Shown piece after piece: positions 38,093 through 51,680 of a stretch of DNA of 64,000 bases. The first letter of the stretch is position 1; the number at the start of each line of letters is the position of its first letter. The stretch comes from Octopus vulgaris (taxonomy: Eukaryota), in contig OX597816.1 of NCBI GenBank assembly GCA_951406725.2, forward strand, positions 175,522,001 through 175,586,000. The letters are read 5' to 3'. The notes below the pieces were generated by a model, which worked only from the letters and a program-made list of their open reading frames with translations, did not search any database and was not told the origin of the DNA. Made by a program: the position numbers and the translations under genes.

Positions 38093-38914
38093 CTGAAAAC
38101 AAGATTATGAAGGTGCAATCAGATTTATTCCAGCATCAGCTGAAAAATAAAGACAGCTTTCATTTTGATTCTGTTAAAAATATTAGTTGATAATATGATA
38201 CAATAGCTGTATTCACGACAGAGTTTTAATGAAATCAACATTTTATGTCTGCTTTCCATGCTGGCATGGGGTGCTCAGGCCTGAGTCAGTTCTTATGAAA
38301 TTTAAAGGGTGGAAAAAAAAGTCCAACAGCTGTGTCTGGGGGCTCAGTGATCCATAATAATGTTGGTAGATTTAGTCCATTACAAAATACGACCGTATGG
38401 ATGTATTTAACATAGGATGAGATGAGCCTCCATCTTCAGAGTAGAGAAGATCTTACATTTTAGATCTTAATGCAGAGAAGTTCAAAGATGGAATGATAGG
38501 ATCTTTTCGATTTGAACGGCAGTTTTTTCTATGTCATATGAAATTGTCACCCTGCTATAAATAATAGCCAAATTTCATTAAAATCCTATTCTACTGTCTA
38601 AACAATGATACAATAGGGAAAGTAGTCCTGGATACATAGTGCTTGAAAAAAAAAAGATGAGATGTCAATATTAGAACACTGTTAATTATAGAGCAGACCA
38701 AATAAAGAGTGAGAGATAGATCTCTGCTGAAATTGTGTGGTTTCTGACATCACACAATCTCAGTCTAACTTATTTCAGGTAATAAGAAAATTGGGATAGG
38801 TGAGGATGATATGTAAAACAGTATAGAAAAATGTTTTTACACCTATGTAGTTGTTGATAAATGGTGGTATGGAAACAAAATGCTTCAACAAAGACAACTC
38901 CATAAAAAATTTCC

Positions 38915-39089
38915 CAGGCATGTCTGTGTGGTAAGAAGTTTGCTTCCCAACCCCATGGTTCTGGGTTCAGTCCCACTGTGTAGCACTTTAGGCAAGTGTC
39001 CTATACTATAGCTCTAGGCCAACCAAAGCTTTCTGAGTGGATTTGGTAGGCAGAAACTGAAAGAAGCTCATTGTATATACTTGTGTGTT

Positions 39090-39133
<44 letters not shown>

Positions 39134-39312
39134 TAAGTGTGTATTTCTTTGTCCAACTTGCTTGACAACTGATGTTGATTTGTTAATGTCTTCATAACTC
39201 AACAGTTCAGCAAAAAGAGACTGATAAAAAATAATAAGTATTGGAGTTGATTTGTTTGACTAAATTGTTCAAGGTGGTGCCCCAGCATCACTACAGTTTA
39301 ACGATAAAAGAT
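38915..39312 (+). mobile_element. tRNA-headed SINE (diverged copy)
   Basis: Homologous to 11973-12345. Confidence 0.75.
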
Positions 39313-39980
39313 AAATTCAAAGATCACGTAAGATATAACAAATTGGAAATGTATTTAAATTAAAAAGAAAATAATGAATGACTAATTAGGTGCCAGACAT
39401 GAATATATAAACACAAACAAAATTTAAGCACTGAATTTGTATGAAAAAAATGATGATGCAAGATTGTTGACGTATATGTAAGGTAAACCTGACAGGTTCA
39501 CTTATAAAACACAAAGTATATGGTTCACTAAAAATAAGAAATGACAAAAAAAGGGGTCATGTAATTTAATAATTATAAACACGATAATGATTGTGATGAA
39601 TGTAAACAGTAAAAACATTAGTAATAATAATAGTAATGATGTTAATGAAAATAAGTAGGTTGTTAATAAACTAGAAAAAAAATTTGAGTGTAAGAATAAA
39701 AGGAAGAGTCAACAAATATATAATACAATAAAAAAAATATCTATTTAGACTAGTATGAATAAGCGTAAATGATTAAAAAACAGAACAAAATAACTAGGAT
39801 AACAGCTATGAGGGAGATTTGAAGCAACTGAAAATTTTATGACAGGTGATATTAAATAGAAATAAGAAGGTTAAATTAATAGAAATATATAATGCATGGT
39901 TGACAAAGAAACAGGTAAAATTATAAAGTTGGCATAAAAGTGTCTGCGGATAGACAGAGGTAATTATAAATGAAAATGAA

Positions 39981-41095
39981 CAAGGTGTGTTCAAAAAGTA
40001 TACAACCTTTTGGCATAAGAAAAACAATTTTGTAGATTTCACAAATTTTATCTAATCCCTTTCAAAATACTCCCCTTGAGAGTTCACACACGTGAACTCC
40101 CAGCAGTTCTACCACTCCTGGTAACACTTTTGCAATGCCTTCACTAGAATGTTATGGAGCTCTGCTATGGCTTTTCTCATAATTTCCTCAAATTGCTTCC
40201 CTTTCAGCTTGGGGAAGAGCAGAAGTCATATGGTGCCAAATCAGGAAAGTAAGGAGCATGTCCAACAAGTAGTGTGTTGTCCTTGACCAGGAAAGCTTGA
40301 AATGAGTGGGCACATTGTTGCCAATCCTTTGCTGCTCCCATGTCTGTCTGGTTTCAACATACAGCATCATGAAGGCAATTGTAACCTCTTTATTGATTGC
40401 TTGGCCTCATGGTGCATATTCATCATGCACATTCACCATGAGAGTCAAAGAACCTGTCACACTTTTGGGGGCCTTGATGAGGATTGGAAGAAGTGGAAGT
40501 TGGTTTCCCAGTCGTAAACATAAATCCATGTCTTATCACCCATGATGATGGTTTTCATGAAGTCTGGGTTATGGTTTGCACAGTCCTGAGCAATTTCCAT
40601 GCAAAGTTGCTTCTACTGCTTCACCAGCACCTTGGGGTCAAATTTTTCCAACACTCATAGCATGCACAAATCCTCCGTTGAAATGGAATGCTCTGATCTT
40701 AAGCTTTTTCCCACTTCATGAGCAATTTCCTGGATTGCTACATGATGGTCTTCCATGACTATTTGCTAAATTTTCTCAATTGGCTCCTTATTTTGGCTCA
40801 CTTTCCACTGAGGTGCGGCCATGTTTGAAGCCTGATGATTCTTCTGGATGGTTTGAGCTTGAGTATCACCAAGCTTTTGGCAAAAGTTGATGTGTTTAGT
40901 CATCTTACATGAAAATGAAAATTCGACAAGCTTGGACAAAAGTATAACAGCTAGGAACTGGCATGGCTTACCAGCATGAAAACTTTCACGCATGTGCAGG
41001 AAAAGTGGCATCACCTTCCACCCAAAGGATTTTGCCCATATTGCATTAGTTTGGGTGGGAAAAAATAAAGTCGGATACTTTTTGAATGCACCTTA
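39981..41095 (-). mobile_element. Decayed mariner transposon
   Basis: TIRs CAAGGTGTGTTCAAAAAGTAT.. and ..ATACTTTTTGAATGCACCTT. Remnants INFCQKLG and PDLAPYDF-like. Confidence 0.75.
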
Positions 41096-41429
41096 TAAGT
41101 ATAAGTAAAATAGGGAATAGGAAAATGCAAAACTAATAAAAATGAAAGGCTAATAAAAACCCATAATAAAACAATTACTACTAATAATAATAATAAAACA
41201 CAAAACCAAATAATAAAGTTATGAATTATTGTAGAGGAAAAGATACTTTTGTCAATAAATATATCAAGGCATCCCATAAATAATGTTGAAAATATCATAT
41301 ATATAATTTTATCAAATTTTACAGCATTCTAAAATGTTAAATGGTATTGATACTCATATGAATTTGGAAACCTTTAACTTAATAGAATTTCTTTTTACAG
41401 AATAATCTGACTGAATTTATTACTAATAT

Positions 41430-42499
41430 TAACCCATCAAAGATGGACATATTGCAGGAGCAGAATACTTTACGAGTTCAAAAAGGGAAACAATGCAACA
41501 GAAGCAACTCAAAATATCCATTCTGTTTATGGGGAAGAGTGCTTGAATGAAAGAGGTAGCAGAAGATGGTTTGCAAAGTTCAAAAATGCTGATTTCAGCC
41601 TAAGAGAGAGGACACAAATTGGATGCCCTGTTAAATTTGATGATGAGCATCTTTTGTCAGAGCTTGAGAAGGATAATGCTGTGTCTCTTGAAGAATTAGT
41701 CAGAAAGTTCATTCAACTGTTCACTGACATCTTTAACAGCTTAGAAAGGTGCCCAAACTTGGAAAATGGGTTCCTCATAATTTGACAGAAGTCAACTGAA
41801 AACCACAGGTAGACATCTGCTTATCTCTTTGCTTATCTCTTGTGGGTTTATCTCACCATTTTTGGGCAGATTAGTGACTGGTGATGAAAAATGGATTTTT
41901 TATGAAAATGTTAAGTGATGCAGGCAATGACTTAGTTGTGGAGAACAGGCTAAACCACAACCCCAAAAGGACCTCCTTGAAAAAACAGGTTCTCCTTTCT
42001 GTTTGGTGAAATTGCATTGGAGTCATTCACTTTGAGCCACCACAAACTAATGCTCATAACCATTGCCAACAATTAGAGTGTTTGGATGCTGCTCTGAAGA
42101 AGAAAAAGCTCTGCTTTGGTGAATCGTAATGGAGTGGTGTTTCATTATGCTAATGCAAGGCCCCACATAGAAAAGATTACGTCAGAAAAAATCAAAGAAC
42201 TTAGCTGGGAAAAAAATCCCTCACCCACTTTATTCCCTGGACCATGCTCCTTCAGATTACCATTTGTTTCAAAGCTTACAGAATCATTTCGATGGATTAG
42301 TATTCAAACTGAGCTCTCTTCCTTCTTCTCATCTCATTTATAATTTTTCACCAATGGAATTAAAAAACTGATGAGTAGATGGAAGGAAGTCATCAATAAT
42401 GATAGGAATTATATACAGGATTAAATGTTAATAAACTGCAAAGTTAAATCACTTTTTTTCCTTACCCAAAATTCGGACATTACTTATGGGCTGACCTGA
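41430..42499 (+). mobile_element. Decayed mariner transposon, left end missing
   Basis: YEFKKGNNA, RRWFAKFK, LVTGDEKWIFY, FH..NARPH, PSDYHLFQSL. Right TIR ..CTTATGGGCTGACCTGA followed by TA. Confidence 0.85.
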
Positions 42500-43659
42500 T
42501 ATGTATATGTGCGTTTCAAAGCATGAGGAGTTTAGTCTTGATGTGTTGTCAGGAATGGGATAATTCTATTACCTTACAAATGACTGGCTTTGAAGAATAG
42601 GAAATAGGCTGGAAATATTTGTGTTTCGAAAATTTTATGGTGTACAAAAGTTATTATTTTAGGATGATTGTTAATTAAGGTGTCCTTAGCTGCTACTTTT
42701 GTACATCTGTACTGCTATTCTACTTCCCATGTAAAATTTAGCTTTGGTAAGAGTTTCACCAATTTATTGTTTTATTGCTTCCGACAATTACAACTCTGTA
42801 GGGAGTGTGATGATTATAGTGTAGGAGGAAGGCCAAAATAAATTTTAGTGCAATTAGATGTTTGTGCATTATATAAGTACACTAGATCTTTAACCAAGCA
42901 ATCAGAGTTCAAAAAAGCAAGCAGAATTGTTAACCATAATACAAATATATTATAAAGCATAATAGTATGTTTAGTTTCATTGCATGTTTCAATTAGTTTG
43001 TTAGTAAGATTAATTTAGTTGAAGCAGAATGATTTGAGTAAACTTAGGTACAGAACAAAATTTTAGTGGAACCTATCATCATCATCATTTCTATGTTCAT
43101 TTTCCCTGTTAGCACAAATGACCAATCAGCGAATTTCTCCACACATGCGGATTTTGAGCATATGTGTATCACAAGCCCTCTAGTATGTAGAGCTGAATGT
43201 GCATATGAGTGGCAATATTGTTGATGCAATGCACTTATCTAGAAGGATGTATATAGGTCTTTGTAGTGGATAATTGCAGAATTGTAGCTAATTGTAGTGG
43301 ATATAGAAAAGGCTGTGAAAGATGTAATAATGCTAGTTATTAGTTGGAGATTTTTTGTATACAGGATATAGTAGAAGTTACATGTTGGAAAAATTTACAA
43401 GTTTGAAATCTCTTAGAGTGTTAAAAATTTTGTGCTTGCAGGAGAAGATTATTACAAAGTTGCAGTATAGTAGATGGGTTTTAAAGAAGAGAATTTGATA
43501 GGATTCAGTAGGGCGAAGTTGACATTGTTTGTTTGATTGGTATGGTTGTGCTAAGGACTAATTTCCAATTAATGCTGAGATATTTTTGAACTTCTGTGTT
43601 CATCTATGTTTTTTTCCTCTTTAAGGTTGCAAGAAATATGTCTGGGGAGTTGTATTATA

Positions 43660-44916
43660 TCAGGTCATCCCATAAGTTCTGCTTGAATTTTGAATAAAGA
43701 AAACAAGTGATCAAATGTGATATTTAATTAAAATTTAATCATCCATGTACTTTCCCTGATTATCTGTGACTTCCTTCCCTCTATTTACAAGCTTTTTAAT
43801 CCGATCAATGTAATACTCTTTTGATTTCAAAGCGAAGAACTCTGAAAGGTCAGTTTTGACCTCTTCCTGGCTTGCGAGAGTTATGTCCCCCAAATGATTC
43901 TGTAAACTACGAAACAAATGGTAGTCTGAAGGAGCAAGATCGGGAGAATAAGGTGGATGGGGAATTTTTTCCCAACCAAACTCTTCGATCTTCTGTGATG
44001 TGATCTTTGCAGTGTGGGGTTGCGCATTGTCCTCATGAAACATCACTCCTTTTTTATTCACTAAAGCGGGGCTTTTTTCTTCGAAGCTTGGTTCAAACGC
44101 TCTAATTGCTGACAGTAGACTTGAGCATTGATTGTTGCATTAGGTGGTAACAATCCAAAGTGAATTGCTCCTTTGCAATCCTACCAGATAGAGAGAAGAA
44201 CCTTTTTCCTATGAAGTTCCCATCTCGGTTGTGGTTGAGCTTTTTCCCTTTTACCAAGCCACTGTTTACGACATTTAACATTTCGATAGAAGATCCCTTT
44301 TTCGTCACTAGTCACAAGTCTATCCAAAATGGGTGAAATGAGTTCACGAGAATAGAGAGAAGAGCAGATGTCAACTCGGGATTTGCAGCTGCTTTCAGAC
44401 AATTCATGAGGCACCCATTTTCCAAGTTTAGGAACCTTTCCATGTTGTTGAAGATGATGATGTTGTATGGTTTGAACTAAGCTTTATTGCCAATTCTTCA
44501 ACTGATAATGCAGGATTTTCTTCAAGTAATGCCTCAACAAGCTTATCAGGATGTCCTGTTCGATCTTCATCTTCAAGGCTGAAATCTCACTTCTGAATTT
44601 TGCAAACCATCTTCTGCAAGTTCTTTCATTCAAGCATTCTTTCCCATAAACTGAGTGTGTTTGAGTTGGTTTGGCTGCAGAGTTTCCCTTTTTGTACTCA
44701 TAGAGCATTATGTGCCTTCGATATTTCCATGTTAGAAAGGGTTTCAATCAAAGAAATTTTAATTCTATTATTCTGTAAAATAATATTTAATTAGTTTAAA
44801 TGTACACAAATGCATAAAAATAATTTTTAATTCCATTAGACATTCTAAAATACTATTAAATTTCATTCAATTTAAAAAAAAAAGTAAAATCGGACAGAAC
44901 TTATGGGATGACCTGA
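43660..44916 (-). mobile_element. Full-length (about 1.26 kb) decayed mariner transposon
   Basis: TIRs TCAGGTCATCCCATAAGTTCTG and CAGAACTTATGGGATGACCTGA with TA TSDs. Motifs WVPHEL, VTSDEK, HEDNAQPH, HPPYSPDLAPSDYHLF. Confidence 0.93.
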
Positions 44917-45049
44917 TATTTTGAACTATTTGCTGTTGGTCCATATATGTGTGGCTGGGGTTGGTGTTGTAGTGTTCATAATCACTGTTATGCTAAATAC
45001 AATGTTACTTGTGAGACAAGATGAAGGGGTGTTGTAGTTGCAATAGATA

Positions 45050-45720
45050 GGGCCAAGTGTATGTTGTCATGGTGATACCTGCTCAGAGGCCAGTGCAAAC
45101 TTGCAGAAAGTGTATGGAGAAGAGTGTATGAGCCAAGTGTACAAGTGGTTCAGATGTTTCCAAGATGGCCAAAAAAATGTCGATATTGACAAACGTTCTG
45201 GGAGACCCACAACCAGTAGAACTGAGAAAAACATCACAGATATGCATGCAGCTGTGAGGAGAAATCATCAAATGACCATCCATGAATTATCAGAGAATGT
45301 GCAGATTATTTATGGCTCAGTTCAGTCCATTATCACAGAAGATTTTGGTATGAGACACATGTCTGCCCAGTTTGTGCCAAAACTGCTTTCAGGTTTCAGT
45401 TACACAACATCTCCTTGATTGTGTTGAGAATGATGAAAACTTTTTGAAAACTTTGTGTAGGTCTCTGAGCAGGTATCACCAAGCTTTTGGCAAAATTTGA
45501 TGCAGATTCTCTGCTCAACTTTCTCTGTCATGGTCAATGCGACAATCACATGCTATACATGTTCCTTCCAAGAACTGCTGTAAATGGCAGAAGTGAACTA
45601 GAATGTTAAAACTTAGTGTGCATGCCCAGCAGAGTTCAAGGTCAATTTGTGCCAAGCGGCTTTACTCTGCTTACTTTAGCTTCATAACTATGGCAATAGT
45701 TTGGATATTGATCAGACCAC
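45050..45720. mobile_element. Rearranged mariner 5' fragment (transposase N-terminus + joined to element start -)
   Basis: ORF 45101-45418 (QKVYGEECMS..VYKWF..F..G, SGRP, FVPKLL). GGTGATACCTGCTCAGA at 45071 is inverted at 45464-45480. Confidence 0.7.
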
Positions 45721-45723
45721 ATA

Positions 45724-46997
45724 TTGGGTCATTCCATAAATAATGCGGTTTTTTTATACTACTTTTATATTTCAAAATTTAGATAAAGTTCTTTTTTAAT
45801 CTAAAATCTACTCTCCTTCATTTTCTACAATGCTTTTCCATCTATCTGGTAGACTTGCAAGGCCCCCCTCTTCCAAAAGTCACTGGTCTGTCATGAAAAA
45901 TACTCCTCCAGTACTGTTCTGACCTTGTCTACAGAGTTCATATTCTTTCCATCCAAATGATTTTGAAGACTGTGAATAAATGATAATCAGATGGGGCAAT
46001 GTCTGGTGAATATGGTGAGTAGGACATCATTTCCCATTCAAACTGCTCCGGTCTTTTGGAATGTCATCCTCACTGTACGTGGCCAAGCCTTATCCTGATG
46101 GAAGATCACCTTTTGTTTTGAAACCAAAGATGGTCGTTTTTCTTCTAGCGCTGACTCAAGGTGCTCATAGATCTCCTTTGTTATCGTTTGGTTTGATTTT
46201 AAAAGTTCAAAGTGGACTAAACCTTTCATATCCCACCAAACAGATAACAACACATTATGTGGGTGAAGACCTTCTTTAGCCTGGGGTGCCAGTGTTTCTC
46301 CTTTCTGTACCCACTGTCTTTGGCACTTGACATTTTTATAGAGAACCCATTTCTCATCACCAGTCACTATTCGGTCCAAAAAAGGTTCATTCATGAGATG
46401 TGACAGCAAAGAAGAGCACACATTCACTCTCTGCATGCAATTAGATTCAGAAAGTTTGTGAGGAACCCATTGACCTAATTTGCTGACTTTTCAAATGGCA
46501 AGTAGGTGTCAATGAATGGTTGAATGACAAAATCCAAGCTTCTCTGCTAATTCCTCAACAATTACAATGGGATTTTGTTCCACCGGGGTTTACAGGTTGT
46601 CCTTGTGAAGCTCTACAGATCTTCCAGGACAAGGCCTGTCTTCTAGGCTGCAGTTTCTGGCTCGGAATTTCTGGAACCACCATTGACACTAGCTTACAGT
46701 TATTGTCCCATCCTCACATACTGCATCAGGATTCCTCACACTTTCCACTGCATTGTTGTCTTTATTGAACTCAAAAAGCAAAATATGCCAAATATGCTCC
46801 TTTGTCACTTCCATTATAGCTTTGAAAAAATAACTGCTAAAATCGAACTGCACTCTTCAAAATTTGTACTAAGAATAAGGACAAAGTAAAACTACCACCT
46901 GCTTTTATAGCAAATTGATGCAGATAGTTTATCCCATCTCCTTCTGGCTTTTAGTTCATGCAATTGAAAAAGTTACATTATTTATGGGACGACCCAG
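45724..46997 (-). mobile_element. Full-length decayed mariner transposon
   Basis: TIRs TTGGGTCATTCCATAAATAATG and CATTATTTATGGGACGACCCAG with TA flanks. Motifs RIVTGDEKWVLY, LSVWWD, PYSPDIAPSDYHLF. Confidence 0.92.
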
Positions 46998-46999
46998 TA

Positions 47000-47042
<43 letters not shown>

Positions 47043-47046
<4 letters not shown>

Positions 47047-47155
47047 TCATCATCATCATCATCATCGTTTAATGTCTGTTTTCCATGCTGGGATGGGTTG
47101 GATGGTTCAAATGGGGTCTGGGAAGGAGGCTGCACCAGGCCCCAATCTGATCTGG

Positions 47156-47160
<5 letters not shown>
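47043..47160 (-). mobile_element. RTE-tail fragment
   Basis: (CAT)n plus CGTTTAATGTCTGTTTTCCATGC. Confidence 0.7.
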
Positions 47161-47202
<42 letters not shown>

Positions 47203-47209
<7 letters not shown>

Positions 47210-48680
47210 TGCCCCCTCGTTATCGAAGCTGAACTGTTACTGGTGCTGTGATCGAATGTGACTTTTTAGCCCAGCTAAAGATCTACAATGTCTTGTACAG
47301 AATTGGCAACTTTACCGGCCAACAGCCGGCTGTAGTTGTAACTGGGCTTCATGTACCTTTGCATGTCGTTTAAGTCCTCCTGCCAAATTACACTCTCTTC
47401 CACATGCTCGACAGATATGATTAGTATGGTGTGTTACACCACCACCAGTGGCCAGGTTGTCACTCATCTGTCTCGCCTTATGACTATGAAGATGACTCTT
47501 GAGTCAAGCTTTACTGAGGCAGGGTCTTGCACAGGCACTGCATGTCAGCATCAAAGGAAGACCCTTCCCTTCTGGAAGTGTAACAGCGATGCCCTTCCTG
47601 ACATCCCTCCTTACTTTCTCATGTGCAACTCGAGATAACTATGCCTTCCCATGTGTCAGGAGAGATGCAAGCATCTCTTAAGGGAGCCTTCAGCAAGTCC
47701 TTATACTTCTTTTTTAGTTTATGTGAGGGTCGTTCTCCTTTAGCTAACTCTCCATAAAAGAGTTGTTTTGGCATCCTCGAATCATTCACCCTGACTAGAT
47801 GACCACTCCATCTGAGCCTTTGCTTTAACACAAGAGCTTCTATACTTTCACACCGAGAGCCTTCCAATATTTCAAGATCACTGATGCGGTCCTTTTACTT
47901 AATGCCATAGATCCTTATGAGGCACATCTGATGGAAACATTCCAGTTGTTTAAGGTGGTATTGATATGTGACCCACGTCTCGTAGGCATAGAGAAGAGAA
48001 GGGAGCACACATGCCTTGTACACCTTTATCTTTGTCTTTCTGCATATGTCTCGCCGACTCCAGAGGCGCCTTTCTAGCCTTCCGAAAGCAACACTTGCTT
48101 TCCTAATTCTATATGGAATTTCATCATCCAAATTGCTATATATATTAATAGTGCTTCCCAAGTAGACAAACTGATCAACTACATCAAGTCGTTTACCATA
48201 CACATAGATATTTGGTACACTATACTGCTTACCAGGGGCAGGTTGATGCATGACAACAGTTTTCTTGAGATTGACTGTTAATCCTAAGGCAGTGCAAGCA
48301 TCAGAGAATGCACTCAAAATGTGTTGCATATCAATCTCTGTGTGTGCTACTAGCTCACAATCATCAGCATACAAAAGGTCTCTTTGTTTTTGCAGCAAGG
48401 CGCCTGATATTAAATATGCTGCCAGAGGTTCGATAATGGACGTAAACACCGTATCTGCAGTTTCTGAATGCAATACAGAACACCATTGCAAAATATATGG
48501 AAAATAGGGTCGGTGCCAGAATATCCCCTTGTTTCACTCCATTTTGTATTAAAATGGGCTCCGACATTTTCCCTCTAACATTCACCCTACCATTCATATC
48601 TTCATGAAAAGTACCTAACCAAAGCAAGGAACTTTTTAGGACACCCAAGTTTCTGGAGGACTTTCCACAATGCTTTTCTC
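47203..48680 (-). mobile_element. 5'-truncated BovB-like RTE LINE
   Basis: NGVKQGDILAPTLF, LLYADDC, FVYLGS, LLYAYETW, QRLRWSGHLVR, KQLFYGEL. Confidence 0.9.
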
Positions 48681-48894
48681 ATGTTTTATTTTTTGGAGTT
48701 TTTAAGGTGGTAATAGGGTCTTTAGGCATCTATTTTTCTAGTGTATGGAGAGGCTTATAGCCAATTCCTTGTTATAATTATGTAATAATTATAAAAATAT
48801 TTGTAAAATTTACCTATAAGGTTTTCATATCCATGCTGACCCCCTGGTAAAACCATTAATGATTTTTACCCTTTATTATAATTAATACTTACAT

Positions 48895-49160
<266 letters not shown>

Positions 49161-49169
49161 CACATTACA

Positions 49170-49402
49170 ATAGGGAGATGTTATTGTTTCACTTTTGACA
49201 CGTAATACCGAAATTGCTCCTGGCTTGCATTAGGTAAGAGTTGAAAGTTTTTTTGACCCATGACACTCCATGGACCCTAAGTAAAGTATATTTAAAATTT
49301 GAATGAAATTGGTTGGGTAGTTCTCGAGTTTTAGTGATGCATACATACAGACACACAGCCAGACAGACTCACACACACATATTCTCAGTTTTATATATAT
49401 AG
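49170..49402 (-). mobile_element. Non-autonomous Helitron/Helentron-like repeat 5' fragment
   Basis: Begins TCTATATATATAAAACTGAGAAT-(GTGT/GTCT) on -. An inverted homologue lies at 59483-59725 (+). Confidence 0.5.
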
Positions 49403-49878
49403 ACGTATGTATGTATGGAATCAAGGCCAGAACATTAGGTAAGTGATCACTGAAGAGATGTATATGATGCTGTAGCTCCTGGTTGGTACTCTGAGTAGAT
49501 TGGAGCAAGATAAAATCAGGTGCCTTGCTCAAGGATATAATATGCTAATAGTTCAGTATGTTTAAATATTTCTCTTTTATTTATGCTTCTTCATGTCAAA
49601 ATATATCTTTGTCCTAATTTATGTGATTTAGAAAGGAATCTCCAATTATTATTGAATGAAGTTAAATATAATGAAATGATTAATACAGTGTCATGAGATA
49701 GAAGCAACCAGTTTTTAGAGAGTAAAAGCAGAAAACAGCAACAGTTCTTTCCAAAGAAACAAAAACCAAAACAAAATAATGAAAATAACCAAAGCCAAAA
49801 CCAAAATGTTAACTAATCGTGTCACTGCATGGCATCACATGGCACTGTTATACCATGTGTAACCCTGTGGCACCCTAC

Positions 49879-50088
49879 CTCATGCTCTAATGTTTTTTCA
49901 GTAATTCTATATGTTTTTAAGACAGGTTTCCCTAAATTTTCATCAAAAACCTCTTCAGTGAGTTCTGACACTTTCTGATCAATCATGTGGGTTGACCTGC
50001 GTATAGTAGTGTCTCCTTTCCCTTTTTGGACAGATAACTGACCCCGAGGTAGCACTTGATGAATAAGTGTCTCAGATTCTGTGGTTGA
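49879..50088 (-). CDS. scrib: Probable scribble exon (70 aa): STTESETLIHQ...KTYRITEKTLEHE
   Basis: tttgtccttcttcag| acceptor, GAG|gtaggg donor, 210-nt open phase-0 exon. Confidence 0.7.
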
Positions 50089-51624
50089 CTGAAGAAGGAC
50101 AAAGTAGTTTACTATCAACTTAAGTTAATTAAGGATTTGACATGAAAACAAATATTATTGACAACAAAAACAAAAACATATTAGAAAATAGGGAAGATCA
50201 CCATGAAACTATAGCTTTTTGTAGTATGGAGGATGATCTTTGTATTATCTAAACTTCTGGACATAGGACAGCTGAAAGCTTTGCAGAATATTTACATTGG
50301 TTTAAGTGGGTTGCACTTCACACTCAGTATATATTACAAGTGGGGAGAGAACCCCTACTATTCTAGCTCAGAGACTACCTGATCACATGATTTCAACCTT
50401 AGGAGGATGATCTGGTGGTCTTTGAGCTAGAATAGTAGGAGTGGGGAGGGGGAGGGTCTATCCCCAGTTGCAATATATATCGAGAGCAAAGTGCATTCAA
50501 TAACCAGCTGGAGGCGGTGTTCTCCTGGGGTGAAAATAGCAGTATCATCTGTTCTAATAGAATGCCCACGTGTGGGTGGTAATAAATATTACTTCTAATT
50601 TTTATTGTTATTGATGGAACTAGTACAATGCTGTAAGTTACTTATCACCAAACTTACTCCTTTAATCATACACAGGGGTTTACAGGGGCTGATGGCTACT
50701 GTTAGTCTTAGTTAGGTGGAAGACATTAACCAGCCTAAGAGATTTTCTGAAGAGTAAAAGGTAAGTTGTGAATTTTGTCCTTTACCAAAAAGATATTTAT
50801 TTTCTGTTGTCCGAACTATAAATCATACACACATTTATTCAAAAATAGGCAAAAAGTATTAGTTTAATTCTTTTTAGTTATAATCATAAGGGAAACAACT
50901 TTCCTTATGACATAAAAATAAAGCAAATTAAACAACAATTCACCACCACTTTTCAAATAAACAACACTGATGTGTGTGAAGGAAGCCAACGACAGGCTTC
51001 AAGATTTTAAATTGAAATTGGTTTCAGAAGTGTGGGAATATATGTGCAGGTGTGTATGGTCACTCTTCCAAATTGGGCAAGGCAAAGGACCAAAATATCA
51101 ATGGCAAAGTTGCAAAATTTCCTCTAAATGATATGAAGTGACAAGCAGGTCTTTTTCAATTCTAAGTCTTTCTGCAGAGACTTAAAGTTCGCTTAAACCT
51201 TCATCCTTTTGAGGGAGAGTAATTCTAGTTGGATGGGAAGCTTGTCAGATATTAGTAATACCAACTATCTCTTCTTTCAGTAGTGCTGCTGAGGAATGAA
51301 AAGCCTATCCCTGCTTGTTTCTGAACACAAGTTCTTTGAATTATTAGTGATGTAGAATATTTGAAGCAGGTGTAGTACATAGTGGCATTAGTTAGAAGAG
51401 GATCTAAAATTAGAAATCCACAAAAGTTAAGAGATGTAGTTTGTTAAAAATTTTGACTAAGAAGCACTTAGTTAGAAGTGTGTGAAAACATACAACAGTA
51501 GCCGGAAGTGGTGGTTAATTTATTAATCTTAATTTGTTAATCATGTTTACGAACAAAGTAGATATGATGAACTTCTCAATGTCTTCACACTCAGCAGGAA
51601 GATGAAAAATAAATTTTGGCTCAC

Positions 51625-51680
51625 CATGTGTTTACCATCACCATTCTGAGTACTGCTAGACTCTTCTGAAGAATCAGCAT
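51625..51680 (-). CDS. scrib: Probable scribble exon: (D)ADSSEESSSTQNGDGKHM
   Basis: tattatag| acceptor and ATG|gtgagc donor. Phase 1 to 0 links the flanking exons. Confidence 0.65.

Noticed and set aside
42520-43650. Traces of an old LINE-like coding sequence between mariner elements
   Set aside because: Too degraded to assign strand, boundaries or clade with confidence.
51230-51403. Possible additional minus-strand scribble exon with acceptor near 51403
   Set aside because: Immediate stop in the phase set by the upstream donor and no supporting motif; cannot be supported from sequence alone.
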